This document shows, in pieces, positions 26,697 to 35,336 of a DNA stretch of 64,000 nucleotides. Location of the stretch: NCBI GenBank assembly GCA_913775025.1, contig CAJYJW010000086.1, positions 27,205 through 91,204 of the forward strand, written 5' to 3'. Each line of letters begins with the position of its first letter. Position 1 is the stretch's first letter. The notes beneath the pieces are model-generated. The model searched no databases. It was not told where the DNA came from and saw nothing but the letters and a program-made list of their open reading frames with translations. Both the position numbers and the translations under genes were made by a program. The DNA is from an uncultured Sphingomonas sp. (GTDB lineage Bacteria; Pseudomonadota; Alphaproteobacteria; Sphingomonadales; Sphingomonadaceae).

Positions 26697-27398
26697 TCAG
26701 AGCGTTTCGGGTGCAGCTAGCGAAGAGGCGATGTGGCGGCAGAAACGCGCGGCGTCCGCGCCGTTGATCACGCGATGATCATAGCTGAGCGACAGCGGCA
26801 TCAGCAAGCGCGGCTGGAACGCAGTCCCGTCCCACACCGGCGTCATGCGCGACGGTGTAACGCCTAGGATCGCGACCTCCGGCTGGTTGACAATCGGCGT
26901 GAAGCCGGTGCCGCCGATCCCGCCCAGCGAAGTGATCGTCATCGATCCGCCTTCCATTACGCTCATTGGCAGACCCTTGCTGCGTGCCCGCTCGACGACC
27001 TCGCGCAGTTCCGCCGCGAGGCTGGCGACGTCCTTGCGGTCGGCGTCTCGAAGCACGGGCACGAGCAGGCCGAGCGGACCGTCGACGGCGATGCCGACAT
27101 GTACGTACTGCTTAAGGATCAGGGTCGCGCCATCCTCGGACAATGAGGCATTGAACGTGGGGAACGCCTTCAGCGCAGCGGCGAGCGCCTTGACTAGATA
27201 GACTAACAGCGATGCCTTCGGCGCATCCGCAGACTTGCGGTGCGCCTCCAACGCAGTGACATCGACGTCGTCGTGGTGGGTGACGTGCGGAATAGCCGTC
27301 CAGCTCTGGGTAAGCCGGCGCGCGACGATTGTCTGGAACGCGGTCATCGGCTTGGTTTCGATGGCGCCGAATTTGGCGAAATAGGCTTCGGCGGTCAT
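26697..27398 (-). CDS. 2-oxoacid dehydrogenase E2-type acyltransferase, catalytic domain only (no lipoyl or E1/E3-binding domains)
   Basis: Trimmed to the ATG at 27398 (GAGGAG SD), 233 aa. Landmarks: ..SWTAIPHVTHHDDVDVTAL.., GGSMTITSLGGIGG, catalytic SYDHRVINGADAARF. The in-frame upstream extension in the track runs into the divergent crotonase gene and has no lipoyl-like sequence. Confidence 0.8.
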   Translation of the reverse strand: MTAEAYFAKFGAIETKPMTAFQTIVARRLTQSWTAIPHVTHHDDVDVTALEAHRKSADAPKASLLVYLVKALAAALKAFPTFNASLSEDGATLILKQYVHVGIAVDGPLGLLVPVLRDADRKDVASLAAELREVVERARSKGLPMSVMEGGSMTITSLGGIGGTGFTPIVNQPEVAILGVTPSRMTPVWDGTAFQPRLLMPLSLSYDHRVINGADAARFCRHIASSLAAPETL

Positions 27399-27573
27399 TT
27401 GGACGCTCCTCGGCTCGCGCTGTGCTTCGATCGTGCGATAGCAAGGCGGGGGCGGCGCGAACACCGTCCGCGCCGCCGCCATCACAGCAGCGATGATGTC
27501 GCACCCGCCCCCCGCAGCCGGGTGCGACATGCTAAGGCGAGGTGAAATTCGCTTTTCAGGAAGAGGGCATCTC

Positions 27574-28344
27574 ATGTCGGTCGACGTCCAGATCGAGGAT
27601 GGCATCGCCACGGTCACCATCAATCGTCCGGAGCGCAAGAACGCCATCACCATGGTCATGCGCGGCGAGTTCCAGCGCGTGTTCGAAACGCTTCAGGATG
27701 ATGACGACGTCCGCGTCATCATCCTGACCGGCGCGGGGGGAGACTTTGCCGCCGGGGCGGACGTCGGCGAGATGGGCACCGGCGGTGTCCGCGGCAATGC
27801 CGTCAAGGCCCGCACTCTTCAGCGGATGGTGCGCAGCGTCGCCCACACCGGCAAGCCGGTGATCGCGGCGGTGGAAGGCGTTTGCGTCGGTGTCGCCTTC
27901 GCCATGGCGCTCGCCTGCGACTTCATCGTCTGCGCCGACAATGCCCGCTTCCAGTTCGCTTTCCGTCACATTGGGCTCGCCATGGACGGCGCGGCCGGTT
28001 GGCTGCTGGAGCGCTATGTCGGGGTGATGCGCGCCAAGGAGATCGCCTATTCGGGCCGCTTCGTCAGCGGCACGGAGGCCGTGTCGCTGGGCTTCGCACT
28101 GGAATCGCGACCGGCGGGTGAAGTGCTGGCGGCTGCCCGCCAGCTGGCGGAAAGCTACGCCAATGCGCCCACCCTCGCCTTGGCGCAGATCAAGCGCCAA
28201 TTCGATGCCGCCCCCGCCCAGACGCTTGTGGACGCGCTGGAATTCGAGTTCGCGGTGCAGGCGCTGATGACGTGGACGGACGACTTCCGCGAAGGTACGA
28301 CAGCTTTCAAGGAGAGGCGCAAGCCCGTGTACAAGGGCGCCTGA
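27574..28344 (+). CDS. enoyl-CoA hydratase/isomerase (crotonase family)
   Basis: Trimmed to the ATG at 27574 (AGGAAGAGGG SD). Motifs: ATVTINRPERKNA, VIILTGAGGDFAAGADV, EGVCVGVAFAMALACD. Confidence 0.9.
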   Translation: MSVDVQIEDGIATVTINRPERKNAITMVMRGEFQRVFETLQDDDDVRVIILTGAGGDFAAGADVGEMGTGGVRGNAVKARTLQRMVRSVAHTGKPVIAAVEGVCVGVAFAMALACDFIVCADNARFQFAFRHIGLAMDGAAGWLLERYVGVMRAKEIAYSGRFVSGTEAVSLGFALESRPAGEVLAAARQLAESYANAPTLALAQIKRQFDAAPAQTLVDALEFEFAVQALMTWTDDFREGTTAFKERRKPVYKGA

Positions 28345-28787
28345 TGGCCGTCAGCCCGGAAACCGCGGCGGCCCAGGTCGCGACGCTGCTGACGCGGCCC
28401 TACGCGCGCTTCTTCGGTATTCGGGCGGTCGACATATTGCCGGGTGCGGTGACGCTGACGCTGGCGCATCGCCCTGACTTCGAACATGCGCCCGGCTTCT
28501 TCCAAGGGTCGATCATCACCGCCCTTGCAGAGCTTGCGGCGAGCTGGAGTGCGGCGACAGCGGCCGGGGACGACGCCATGCACCTGGTGTTGGAACAGTC
28601 CATCCGCTTCATCGGTCCGGCACGCGGCGAGCGGCTGATCGCGGCCGGCCGCACGATCCGCTCGGGCCGATCGATCAGCGTCGCCGCCGCGGACGTCTTC
28701 GTCGAGCAGGATGGTCGACGCGAACTGTGCGCGCTTCTCTCGCTCACCATGCGCCACACTCCGCGGAGGGAGCAGGTGGCGGCATGA
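28344..28787 (+). CDS. PaaI/4HBT-type hotdog-fold thioesterase
   Basis: The ATG at 28344 shares one nt with the previous TGA (TGATG). 147 aa. PaaI-like pattern: ..FFGIRAVDILPGAVTLTL....FQGSIITALAELAAS...GRSISVAAADVF... Confidence 0.78.
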   Translation: MAVSPETAAAQVATLLTRPYARFFGIRAVDILPGAVTLTLAHRPDFEHAPGFFQGSIITALAELAASWSAATAAGDDAMHLVLEQSIRFIGPARGERLIAAGRTIRSGRSISVAAADVFVEQDGRRELCALLSLTMRHTPRREQVAA

Positions 28788-29884
28788 CCGAGCGGGTCGA
28801 CGCCATCATCGTCGGCGCCGGCGTGGTGGGCCTCGCGATCGCCCGAGCGCTGGCGCTTGCCGGCAAGCCGCCACTGATCCTGGACGGGGAAGCGCATTTC
28901 GGCTCCTGGACATCCAGCCGCAACAGCGAGGTGATCCACGCCGGCATCTATTATCCGAAAGGATCGCTCAAGGCGCGATTGTGTGTAGAGGGCAAGCAAC
29001 AGCTCTATGCGTTCTGCGAGGCGCGAGCCGTGCCCCACAAGCGTCTGGGAAAGCTGATCTTCGCGCATGGCGAAGCGCAGCTCGGCGAACTCGACGCGAT
29101 CGTCGGGCGGGCGGAGGAAGCCGGGGTCCGCGATCTCCGCAGGCTCGATGGGAGCGAGGCGCGCGGCATCGAGCCAGCGCTCGACTGCGCGGGCGCCCTT
29201 CTCTCCCCCTCGACTGGCATCGTTGACAGCCACGCGCTTATGCTGGCGCTCCTCGGGGAAGCCGAAGCCCACGGCGCGATGCTGGTGACTGGCAGCGACG
29301 TCGGGCGTGTCTCCCGGACGGGCGGAGTCTGGAACGTCCACTTGGGCGAGGACCGGGACGCGGCGGTCGCGAGCCCGATCCTCGTCAACGCGGCCGGTCT
29401 CGGCGCACAGCGGTTGGCTGGGCGGATCGAAACGCTCGATCCGCTGTACGTCCCGCCGTTGCATCTCGCGCGCGGTGTCTACTTCACCTATTCGGGCCGG
29501 GTCCCCTTCTCCCACCTAATCTATCCGGTACCGGAAGCCGGGGGGCTCGGAACCCACCTGACGCTCGACCTCGCCGGGCAGGCGCGGTTCGGGCCGGACG
29601 TCGAGTGGATCGATACGATCGACTACACCGTCGATCCCGGCCGCCATCAACGCTTCGCCGCGGCCGCCAGGCGGATCTGGCCCGACCTCGACGGGATCCG
29701 GCTGCAGCCGGGCTATGCGGGCATCCGGCCGAAGGTCAGCGGTCCGGGAGAGCCTGCCGGTGACTTCGTCATCTCCGGCCCGGCGGATCATGGGTGCGAG
29801 GGGCTGGTCAACCTGTTCGGCATCGAATCCCCCGGGCTGACGGCCAGTCTCGCCATCGCCGACATGGTGCGGGACGCGCTATGA
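28784..29884 (+). CDS. FAD-dependent oxidoreductase (DAO / L-2-hydroxyglutarate-oxidase-like)
   Basis: The ATG at 28784 overlaps the previous stop (ATGA). Motifs: DAIIVGAGVVGLAIARALA (GxGxxG) and NSEVIHAGIYYP. Confidence 0.85.
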   Translation: MTERVDAIIVGAGVVGLAIARALALAGKPPLILDGEAHFGSWTSSRNSEVIHAGIYYPKGSLKARLCVEGKQQLYAFCEARAVPHKRLGKLIFAHGEAQLGELDAIVGRAEEAGVRDLRRLDGSEARGIEPALDCAGALLSPSTGIVDSHALMLALLGEAEAHGAMLVTGSDVGRVSRTGGVWNVHLGEDRDAAVASPILVNAAGLGAQRLAGRIETLDPLYVPPLHLARGVYFTYSGRVPFSHLIYPVPEAGGLGTHLTLDLAGQARFGPDVEWIDTIDYTVDPGRHQRFAAAARRIWPDLDGIRLQPGYAGIRPKVSGPGEPAGDFVISGPADHGCEGLVNLFGIESPGLTASLAIADMVRDAL

Positions 29885-31485
29885 TCGAGGCGGACTATAT
29901 CGAGGCGGACTATATCGTCGTCGGCGGCGGCAGCGCCGGCTGCGTTCTGGCGGCGCGGCTGAGCGAGGACCCGGCGGTGCGGGTGCTGCTGGTAGAGGCC
30001 GGCCCGCGCGACACAAACCCCTGGATCCACGTGCCGCTGGGTTATGGCAAGCTGTTCAATCATAAGCGGCTGAACTGGCGCTTCCAGTCGGAGCCCGAGC
30101 CGGGAATGAATGGTCGACGTCTTAACCAGCCGCGCGGGCGTGTGCTCGGCGGCTCGTCGTCGATCAACGGCCTGCTCTATGTGCGCGGCCAGCGCGAGGA
30201 TTTCGACGCATGGGCACGGCTTGGCAACCGCGGCTGGGGATATGAGGATTTGTTGCCCTTTTTCCAGCGAGCGGAAGCGCAGCAGCGCGGGCCGAACGCC
30301 TGGCACGGCGTTGACGGACCGCTGGCCGTCTCCGATCCCAGCGAACCGCACCCGCTGTGCGACGCGTTCATCGCCGCGGGGATGGAAGCAGGCTACCCGG
30401 CCAATGCCGATTTCAACGGCGCCACCCAGGAAGGCGTCGGCTATTATCAGTCGACGATGCGGCGCGGGCGCCGGTGCAGCGCCGCGGTCGCCTATCTGAA
30501 GCCGGTGCGCAGCCGCGCCAACCTGCGCATCGTCACCGACGCACTCGTCCGGCGGGTGATGCTCGACGGCAGGCGTGCGACCGGCATCGAATGGTCCGAT
30601 GCCGCGGGAACGCGCCATCAGGCCAAGGCGCGGCGCGAGGTGATCCTTGCGGCCGGCGCGATCGGCACTCCGCAACTGCTTGAGCTGTCGGGGATCGGTG
30701 ACGGTGAGCGGCTGCGCGGGCTGGGGATCGAGACCGTCCACCACAATCCTGAGGTGGGCGAGAATTTCCAGGACCATCTCCAGGTCCGCACCGTCTACAA
30801 GGCGACGCGCCCGATCACCTTCAACGACGACATGCGATCGCCGCTCAGGACCTTGGGCGTCGGCCTGCGCTACGCGCTGACCGGCAAGGGCCCGCTCACC
30901 GTCTCCGCCGGCTATGCGGGCGGCTTCTTCCGCTCGCCGATCGCGCGCGACGCGCGGCCAGACATCCAGTGCCTATTCATCACCTTCAGCACGACCAAGA
31001 TGGGCGACCGGCTGCACGCATTTTCGGGCTTCACCGTTTCTGCCTGCCCGCTCCGCCCCGAGAGCCGCGGTCACGTCCATGCCACGACCCCGGACGCGGC
31101 GGCTGCTCCCGCGATCCTCGCCAACTTCCTCGCCACCAAGCGCGACGAGGCCGAGGTGGTGGCAGGCATGCGGATCGTGCGCGACATCATGGCCCGGTCC
31201 GCGATCGCGCCCTTCGTACGCGAGGAGCATATCCCCGGCCCTGCCGTCACCAACGACGCGGCGTTGCTCGCCTACGCACGCGAGACCGGCGGATCGATCT
31301 ACCATGCCAGCTGCACGGCCGCGATGGGCAAGGTCGTCGATGCCTCGCTGCGCGTGATGGGCGTGGACGGACTGCGCGTCGCCGACGCGTCGATCATGCC
31401 GGCGGTCCCTTCCGGTAACACCAACGCCGCCGTCATCGCCATCGGAGAGAAGGCGGCCGCCATGATCCGCGAGGACAATCGATGA
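29881..31485 (+). CDS. GMC-family flavin oxidoreductase (choline/alcohol dehydrogenase-like)
   Basis: The ATG at 29881 overlaps the previous stop (ATGA). Motifs: DYIVVGGGSAGCVLAARLSEDP, GGSSSINGLLYVRG, YHASCTAAMG, LRVADASIMP. Confidence 0.92.
   Translation: MIEADYIEADYIVVGGGSAGCVLAARLSEDPAVRVLLVEAGPRDTNPWIHVPLGYGKLFNHKRLNWRFQSEPEPGMNGRRLNQPRGRVLGGSSSINGLLYVRGQREDFDAWARLGNRGWGYEDLLPFFQRAEAQQRGPNAWHGVDGPLAVSDPSEPHPLCDAFIAAGMEAGYPANADFNGATQEGVGYYQSTMRRGRRCSAAVAYLKPVRSRANLRIVTDALVRRVMLDGRRATGIEWSDAAGTRHQAKARREVILAAGAIGTPQLLELSGIGDGERLRGLGIETVHHNPEVGENFQDHLQVRTVYKATRPITFNDDMRSPLRTLGVGLRYALTGKGPLTVSAGYAGGFFRSPIARDARPDIQCLFITFSTTKMGDRLHAFSGFTVSACPLRPESRGHVHATTPDAAAAPAILANFLATKRDEAEVVAGMRIVRDIMARSAIAPFVREEHIPGPAVTNDAALLAYARETGGSIYHASCTAAMGKVVDASLRVMGVDGLRVADASIMPAVPSGNTNAAVIAIGEKAAAMIREDNR
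29884..29913 (+). repeat. perfect 15-bp in-frame tandem duplication (atcgaggcggactat x2)
   Basis: Read directly. It gives M-IEADY-IEADY-IVVGGGSAG at the N-terminus of the GMC enzyme, immediately before the FAD-binding strand. Confidence 0.95.
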
Positions 31486-32918
31486 TCGACTATCTGCCCC
31501 TCAGCCTCTACATCGACGGCCGCTTCATCGCCGCCGCACCAGGCCGGGTGAGCGAGCCGGTGGTCGATCCTGCCACCGGCGACACGATCGCCGAGCTTCC
31601 CCACGCTACCGACGCCGAACTCGACGAGGCGCTGGCGGCGGCGGATCGCGCCTTCCCGCTTTGGGCGGCGACGAGCCCGTTAGAGCGCAGCGACATCCTC
31701 CGCCGCGCGGCCGCCCTCCTGCGCGAGCGGATGGACACGCTCTGCCGCACGATGACGCTCGAGCAGGGCAAGCCGCTCGCCGAGGCCCGGGGCGAGTGGA
31801 CGCACGCGTGCGAGATCTTCGAATGGTGCGCGGAGGAAGGCCGTCGAGTCTACGGCCGGATCATCCGCTCGCGGCTGCCCGGCACCGATCATCTCGTGCT
31901 CGCCGAACCGGTCGGCCCCTGCGCGGCGTTCACGCCGTGGAACTTCCCGGCGCTCTCGCCCGCCCGCAAGGTCGCAGCGGCGCTCGGCGCCGGCTGCACC
32001 GTCATCCTGCGCGCCTCGAGCGAGACGCCGGGCTGCGCGGTCGCGATCATGCAGGCGCTGCACGATGCCGGGCTGCCGAAGGGCTGCGCGCAGCTGGTGT
32101 TCGGCCGCGCGTCGCACCTCTCGGAAAAGATCATCCTCTCGCCCCTGATCCGCAAGATCAGCTTCACAGGATCGACCGCGGTCGGCAAGCAGCTGATGGT
32201 GCTGGCGGCGCAGGGCGCCAAGCGCTCGACGATGGAGCTGGGCGGCAATGCGCCAGTGATCGTGTTCGGCGACGCCGACTATGAGCGGAGCATGGCGATG
32301 CTGAAAGCGGGCAAGTTCCGCAACGCCGGCCAGGTCTGCGTCAGCCCAGCGCGCTTCTTCGTCCACGAGAGTATCGCCGACCGATTCGCACGCGACATGG
32401 CCGATCATGCCGACGGGCTGAAGCTCGGTTCCGGCCTGCTGCCCGACACCGCCATGGGCCCGCTCGCCAATCCGCGCAGGGTCGATGCGATGGAGGAGTT
32501 CGTCGCCGATGCCGGCAGCCGCGGCGGCACCGTGTTGGCCGGCGGGCGGCGGGACGGCGATGCCGGCAATTTCTTCCGCCCGACAGTCGTGACCGGCCTC
32601 GATCCTGCCGCAGCGCTGTTCCGCGCCGAATGTTTCGGGCCGATCCTGCCGGTGATGCCGTTCGCCACGCTGGACGAGGCGATCACGCTGGCCAATGGCG
32701 TGGTCGAGGGTCTGGCCGGTTATGCCTTCACCACCTCGCTGCGCACCGCCCAGGAAGTGATGCACCGGGTGAAGACGGGGATGCTCGGCGTCAACACGCT
32801 CGCCATCTCGACGCCCGAGGCGCCGTTCGGCGGAGTCGGCGAGAGCGGCAACGGTTCGGAAGGCGGGATCGAGGGCCTCCAGGCCTATCTCGACACCAAG
32901 CTGGTGTCGCTGGCCTGA
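31482..32918 (+). CDS. NAD(P)+-dependent aldehyde dehydrogenase
   Basis: The ATG at 31482 overlaps the previous stop (ATGA). Motifs: FTPWNFP, FTGSTAVGK, catalytic MELGGNAP and GQVCVSP. Confidence 0.92.
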   Translation: MIDYLPLSLYIDGRFIAAAPGRVSEPVVDPATGDTIAELPHATDAELDEALAAADRAFPLWAATSPLERSDILRRAAALLRERMDTLCRTMTLEQGKPLAEARGEWTHACEIFEWCAEEGRRVYGRIIRSRLPGTDHLVLAEPVGPCAAFTPWNFPALSPARKVAAALGAGCTVILRASSETPGCAVAIMQALHDAGLPKGCAQLVFGRASHLSEKIILSPLIRKISFTGSTAVGKQLMVLAAQGAKRSTMELGGNAPVIVFGDADYERSMAMLKAGKFRNAGQVCVSPARFFVHESIADRFARDMADHADGLKLGSGLLPDTAMGPLANPRRVDAMEEFVADAGSRGGTVLAGGRRDGDAGNFFRPTVVTGLDPAAALFRAECFGPILPVMPFATLDEAITLANGVVEGLAGYAFTTSLRTAQEVMHRVKTGMLGVNTLAISTPEAPFGGVGESGNGSEGGIEGLQAYLDTKLVSLA

Positions 32919-32937
32919 GGCCCTGCCCGTCGCCGGA

Positions 32938-33498
32938 TCAGCCCGCGAGCGCGGGTCCGCGGCTGCCCTTCAGCGGTCGATCGTGCGAGATGTCGTTAAG
33001 GTCGCGGCTGTTCGGCCCGGTTGACCGCATCTGCGCGAGATAATCGGGAGGCACATCGACCGCGTTGAACGCGCCGGCATATTGATTGACGCAGACGCGG
33101 TGGGCGATCGCCCAACGGCCGCCGCGCTTCTCGAACCGATCGACATAGCGCCCGAAGGCGAGCGTCGGTGGGCCATCCCGGTTTTCGCCCCAGAAGATGT
33201 AGTAGGTTTCGCCGTGCGCCACGTCACCGTCGAGGTCGACGGTGTGGTTGCAGATGATATGCTGGTGCTGGTGCTGGGCGGCGCCGTGCCAGCCGATCGC
33301 CCAGTCGGCAAACTGGTCGGGATCGCCTTCCGCCACGCCATGCTCGTCGATCGCGTCGGGGTGGTAGGCGGATGCCATCAGCGCCTTGTCGAACCGGTCG
33401 ACGCCGCGGGTGTAGCGCAGCAGCGCCTGCCAAATCTCGTGGCGGTCCTTCTGCTCCCGCACGAAGGCAATCAGATCGGGCGTCATCTCGTCGGCCAT
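32938..33498 (-). CDS. NTF2-like (SnoaL_4-type) protein
   Basis: 186 aa. Pattern: ..IWQALLRYTRGVDRFDKALMASAYHPDAIDEHG...HQHIICNHTVDLDGDVAHGETYY...YVDRFEKRGGRWAIAHR... Confidence 0.8.
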   Translation of the reverse strand: MADEMTPDLIAFVREQKDRHEIWQALLRYTRGVDRFDKALMASAYHPDAIDEHGVAEGDPDQFADWAIGWHGAAQHQHQHIICNHTVDLDGDVAHGETYYIFWGENRDGPPTLAFGRYVDRFEKRGGRWAIAHRVCVNQYAGAFNAVDVPPDYLAQMRSTGPNSRDLNDISHDRPLKGSRGPALAG

Positions 33499-33655
33499 GT
33501 CGATCTCCTCTCGACGCCAGCATCGGCGGCCCCCAAGGAGCGCGCAAGGTATCCGAAACTAATCGTCCTGGCGATGCTTCGGCTTCCGTCCTACCCGCGG
33601 CGTTGCCACCCATGCCAATCCACGCGAGCGTTCGAGGGGAAAAGGGAGAAACCGC

Positions 33656-34828
33656 ATGCGAAGCTGGGACGATTATGCCGACCTGCTGAAAGGCGGCGAC
33701 AGCCTGCTCGATCAGACGGTGGCGCCGGTGGACGAGCAGTTGCGCGCCGACCTCCATCGGCAGTTGGCGATGAACCTGTCGCAGGGCTACTTCCTGTTTT
33801 TCCAAGCCGATCCCGACTATCCGGAATTCGTTCCGTTCGAGAACTCGGCCTTCCTGCTTCAGCCAAATCCGGATTCCGTCTATTACTATGCCCGAGTGGA
33901 CGGCAGCGGCACGTATCGCGTCACCGGCGAGCGTGGGACCTGTCCGGTGGTGGGGTTCGCGACGGGCGCGAACATGATGGGGACGACTGACGCGCCCGGC
34001 AAAGGGCTCGGCAACTACGACATCGACGCGCTGACGCTCGATGCGCAGGGCCGCTTCGACGTCATCTTCAGCGCGGAACGTCCCCAGGGCCATGACGGTG
34101 ACTGGCTGTTCCTCAATCCGTCCGCCGATTTCATTCTCGTCCGGCAGTTCAGCTACGACTGGGGGCGCGAAACCGACCTGAGGATCGCGATCGAACGGCT
34201 GGATGCCGCGCCGCGGCCCCGACCGCGCATGTCCCCCGCCGAAGTCGATGCCCGGATGGAGGGCATGGCCCTCTATGCGAAGCGGCTTTCCATGGTGGCG
34301 ATGGGCGCGGTGCGACGGCCGCACGACGGCGGCTTCGTCAACAAGATGCACATCCACACCTTTCAGGAAATGGGCAACGGCCAGGATTGGCCGCAGGCCT
34401 ATTTCGAGATGGCCTTCGACATCGCGGCGGACGAGGCGTTGGTGATCGAGAGCGATCTGCCGGAGACTCGACCCTATTGGAACGTGCAGGTGATTGACGG
34501 CCTCTGGAATCAGGTCGACGTGCTCTACCACCAGAGCAGCCTGAACGGTGCGACCGCCAAGGTCGACGGCGATGGCCGCTTCCGTGCGGTGCTGACCGCC
34601 GAGGATCCCGGCTACGCGAATTGGCTGGCGACCGGCGGCCATCGCTTCGGACTGCTGATCGGCCGCTGGTACCGCTGCTCCTCCCAGCCGACGCCGCAGA
34701 TCGTCCGGATGAAGGCCCATGAGGTGGCGGGCTATCTCGGTGAACGGTCGCCTCGCATCACCCCGGAAGAGCGCGCCGCGACGCTGCGCGATCGGCTGAT
34801 CCAGTCCCAACTGCGGCGCAAATGGTAG
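33656..34828 (+). CDS. conserved hypothetical protein, possibly DUF1214-like; function unknown
   Basis: 390-aa ORF with high third-position G+C and no signal peptide. Segments such as NPDSVYYYARVDGSGTYRVTGERG and RPYWNVQVID recall DUF1214-type proteins, but this is from memory only. Confidence 0.75.
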   Translation: MRSWDDYADLLKGGDSLLDQTVAPVDEQLRADLHRQLAMNLSQGYFLFFQADPDYPEFVPFENSAFLLQPNPDSVYYYARVDGSGTYRVTGERGTCPVVGFATGANMMGTTDAPGKGLGNYDIDALTLDAQGRFDVIFSAERPQGHDGDWLFLNPSADFILVRQFSYDWGRETDLRIAIERLDAAPRPRPRMSPAEVDARMEGMALYAKRLSMVAMGAVRRPHDGGFVNKMHIHTFQEMGNGQDWPQAYFEMAFDIAADEALVIESDLPETRPYWNVQVIDGLWNQVDVLYHQSSLNGATAKVDGDGRFRAVLTAEDPGYANWLATGGHRFGLLIGRWYRCSSQPTPQIVRMKAHEVAGYLGERSPRITPEERAATLRDRLIQSQLRRKW

Positions 34829-34864
34829 GAGGCGCGGCTGCGCGGCGGCTGCCCCGTCCGGTCA

Positions 34865-35215
34865 ATTGATCGGGGAGATCGCGCCCGAAGCCATACCGAC
34901 GCTTGAGGCGGATCGGCCGGTGGCTGGTGAACAGCCACCGGCCGTCCCGCTTGCCGTATGTGTCGAGATAGGTGGCATAGCCGCGACACCAGTGTTTCGG
35001 GCCGCCCTGCCGCCACCAGAGCCGATCCTCCAGTCCTGATTATGGAAACGGCTGCGGACAGGCAGCCGCTCTCCGGCGAACGCACCCCGTGCGCCGTGGT
35101 CACGCCGGCAAGTATCGGCCTCGTCCGACCGATAACGGCCGCGGGCCCAAGTGTCGGGACGCCCCCTTCAAACGCGCGGAAGACGAGATCCTGCGCGTCG
35201 CGGTCGGCATAAGCG
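34865..35215 (-). pseudogene. decayed NTF2-like (SnoaL_4-type) paralogue
   Basis: One frame of the minus strand reads ..GYATYLDTYGKRDGRWLFTSHRPIRLKRRYG.. (34890-34982), the typical C-terminal DG.W strand pair. The upstream part (..DAYADRDAQDLVFRAF..TTAHGV..) is in a different frame and is preceded by stops. Confidence 0.4.
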
Positions 35216-35336
35216 TCTCAGTCCCGGCGATTGAGCTACCGGATCCGCCGCGACCAGCGCCCCGATCTCCTAGATAGCGAGGATGGTATGCGTCGCGCCC
35301 ATCACGATCTGCCGATCTCGCGTCGACGCTTCGGTA

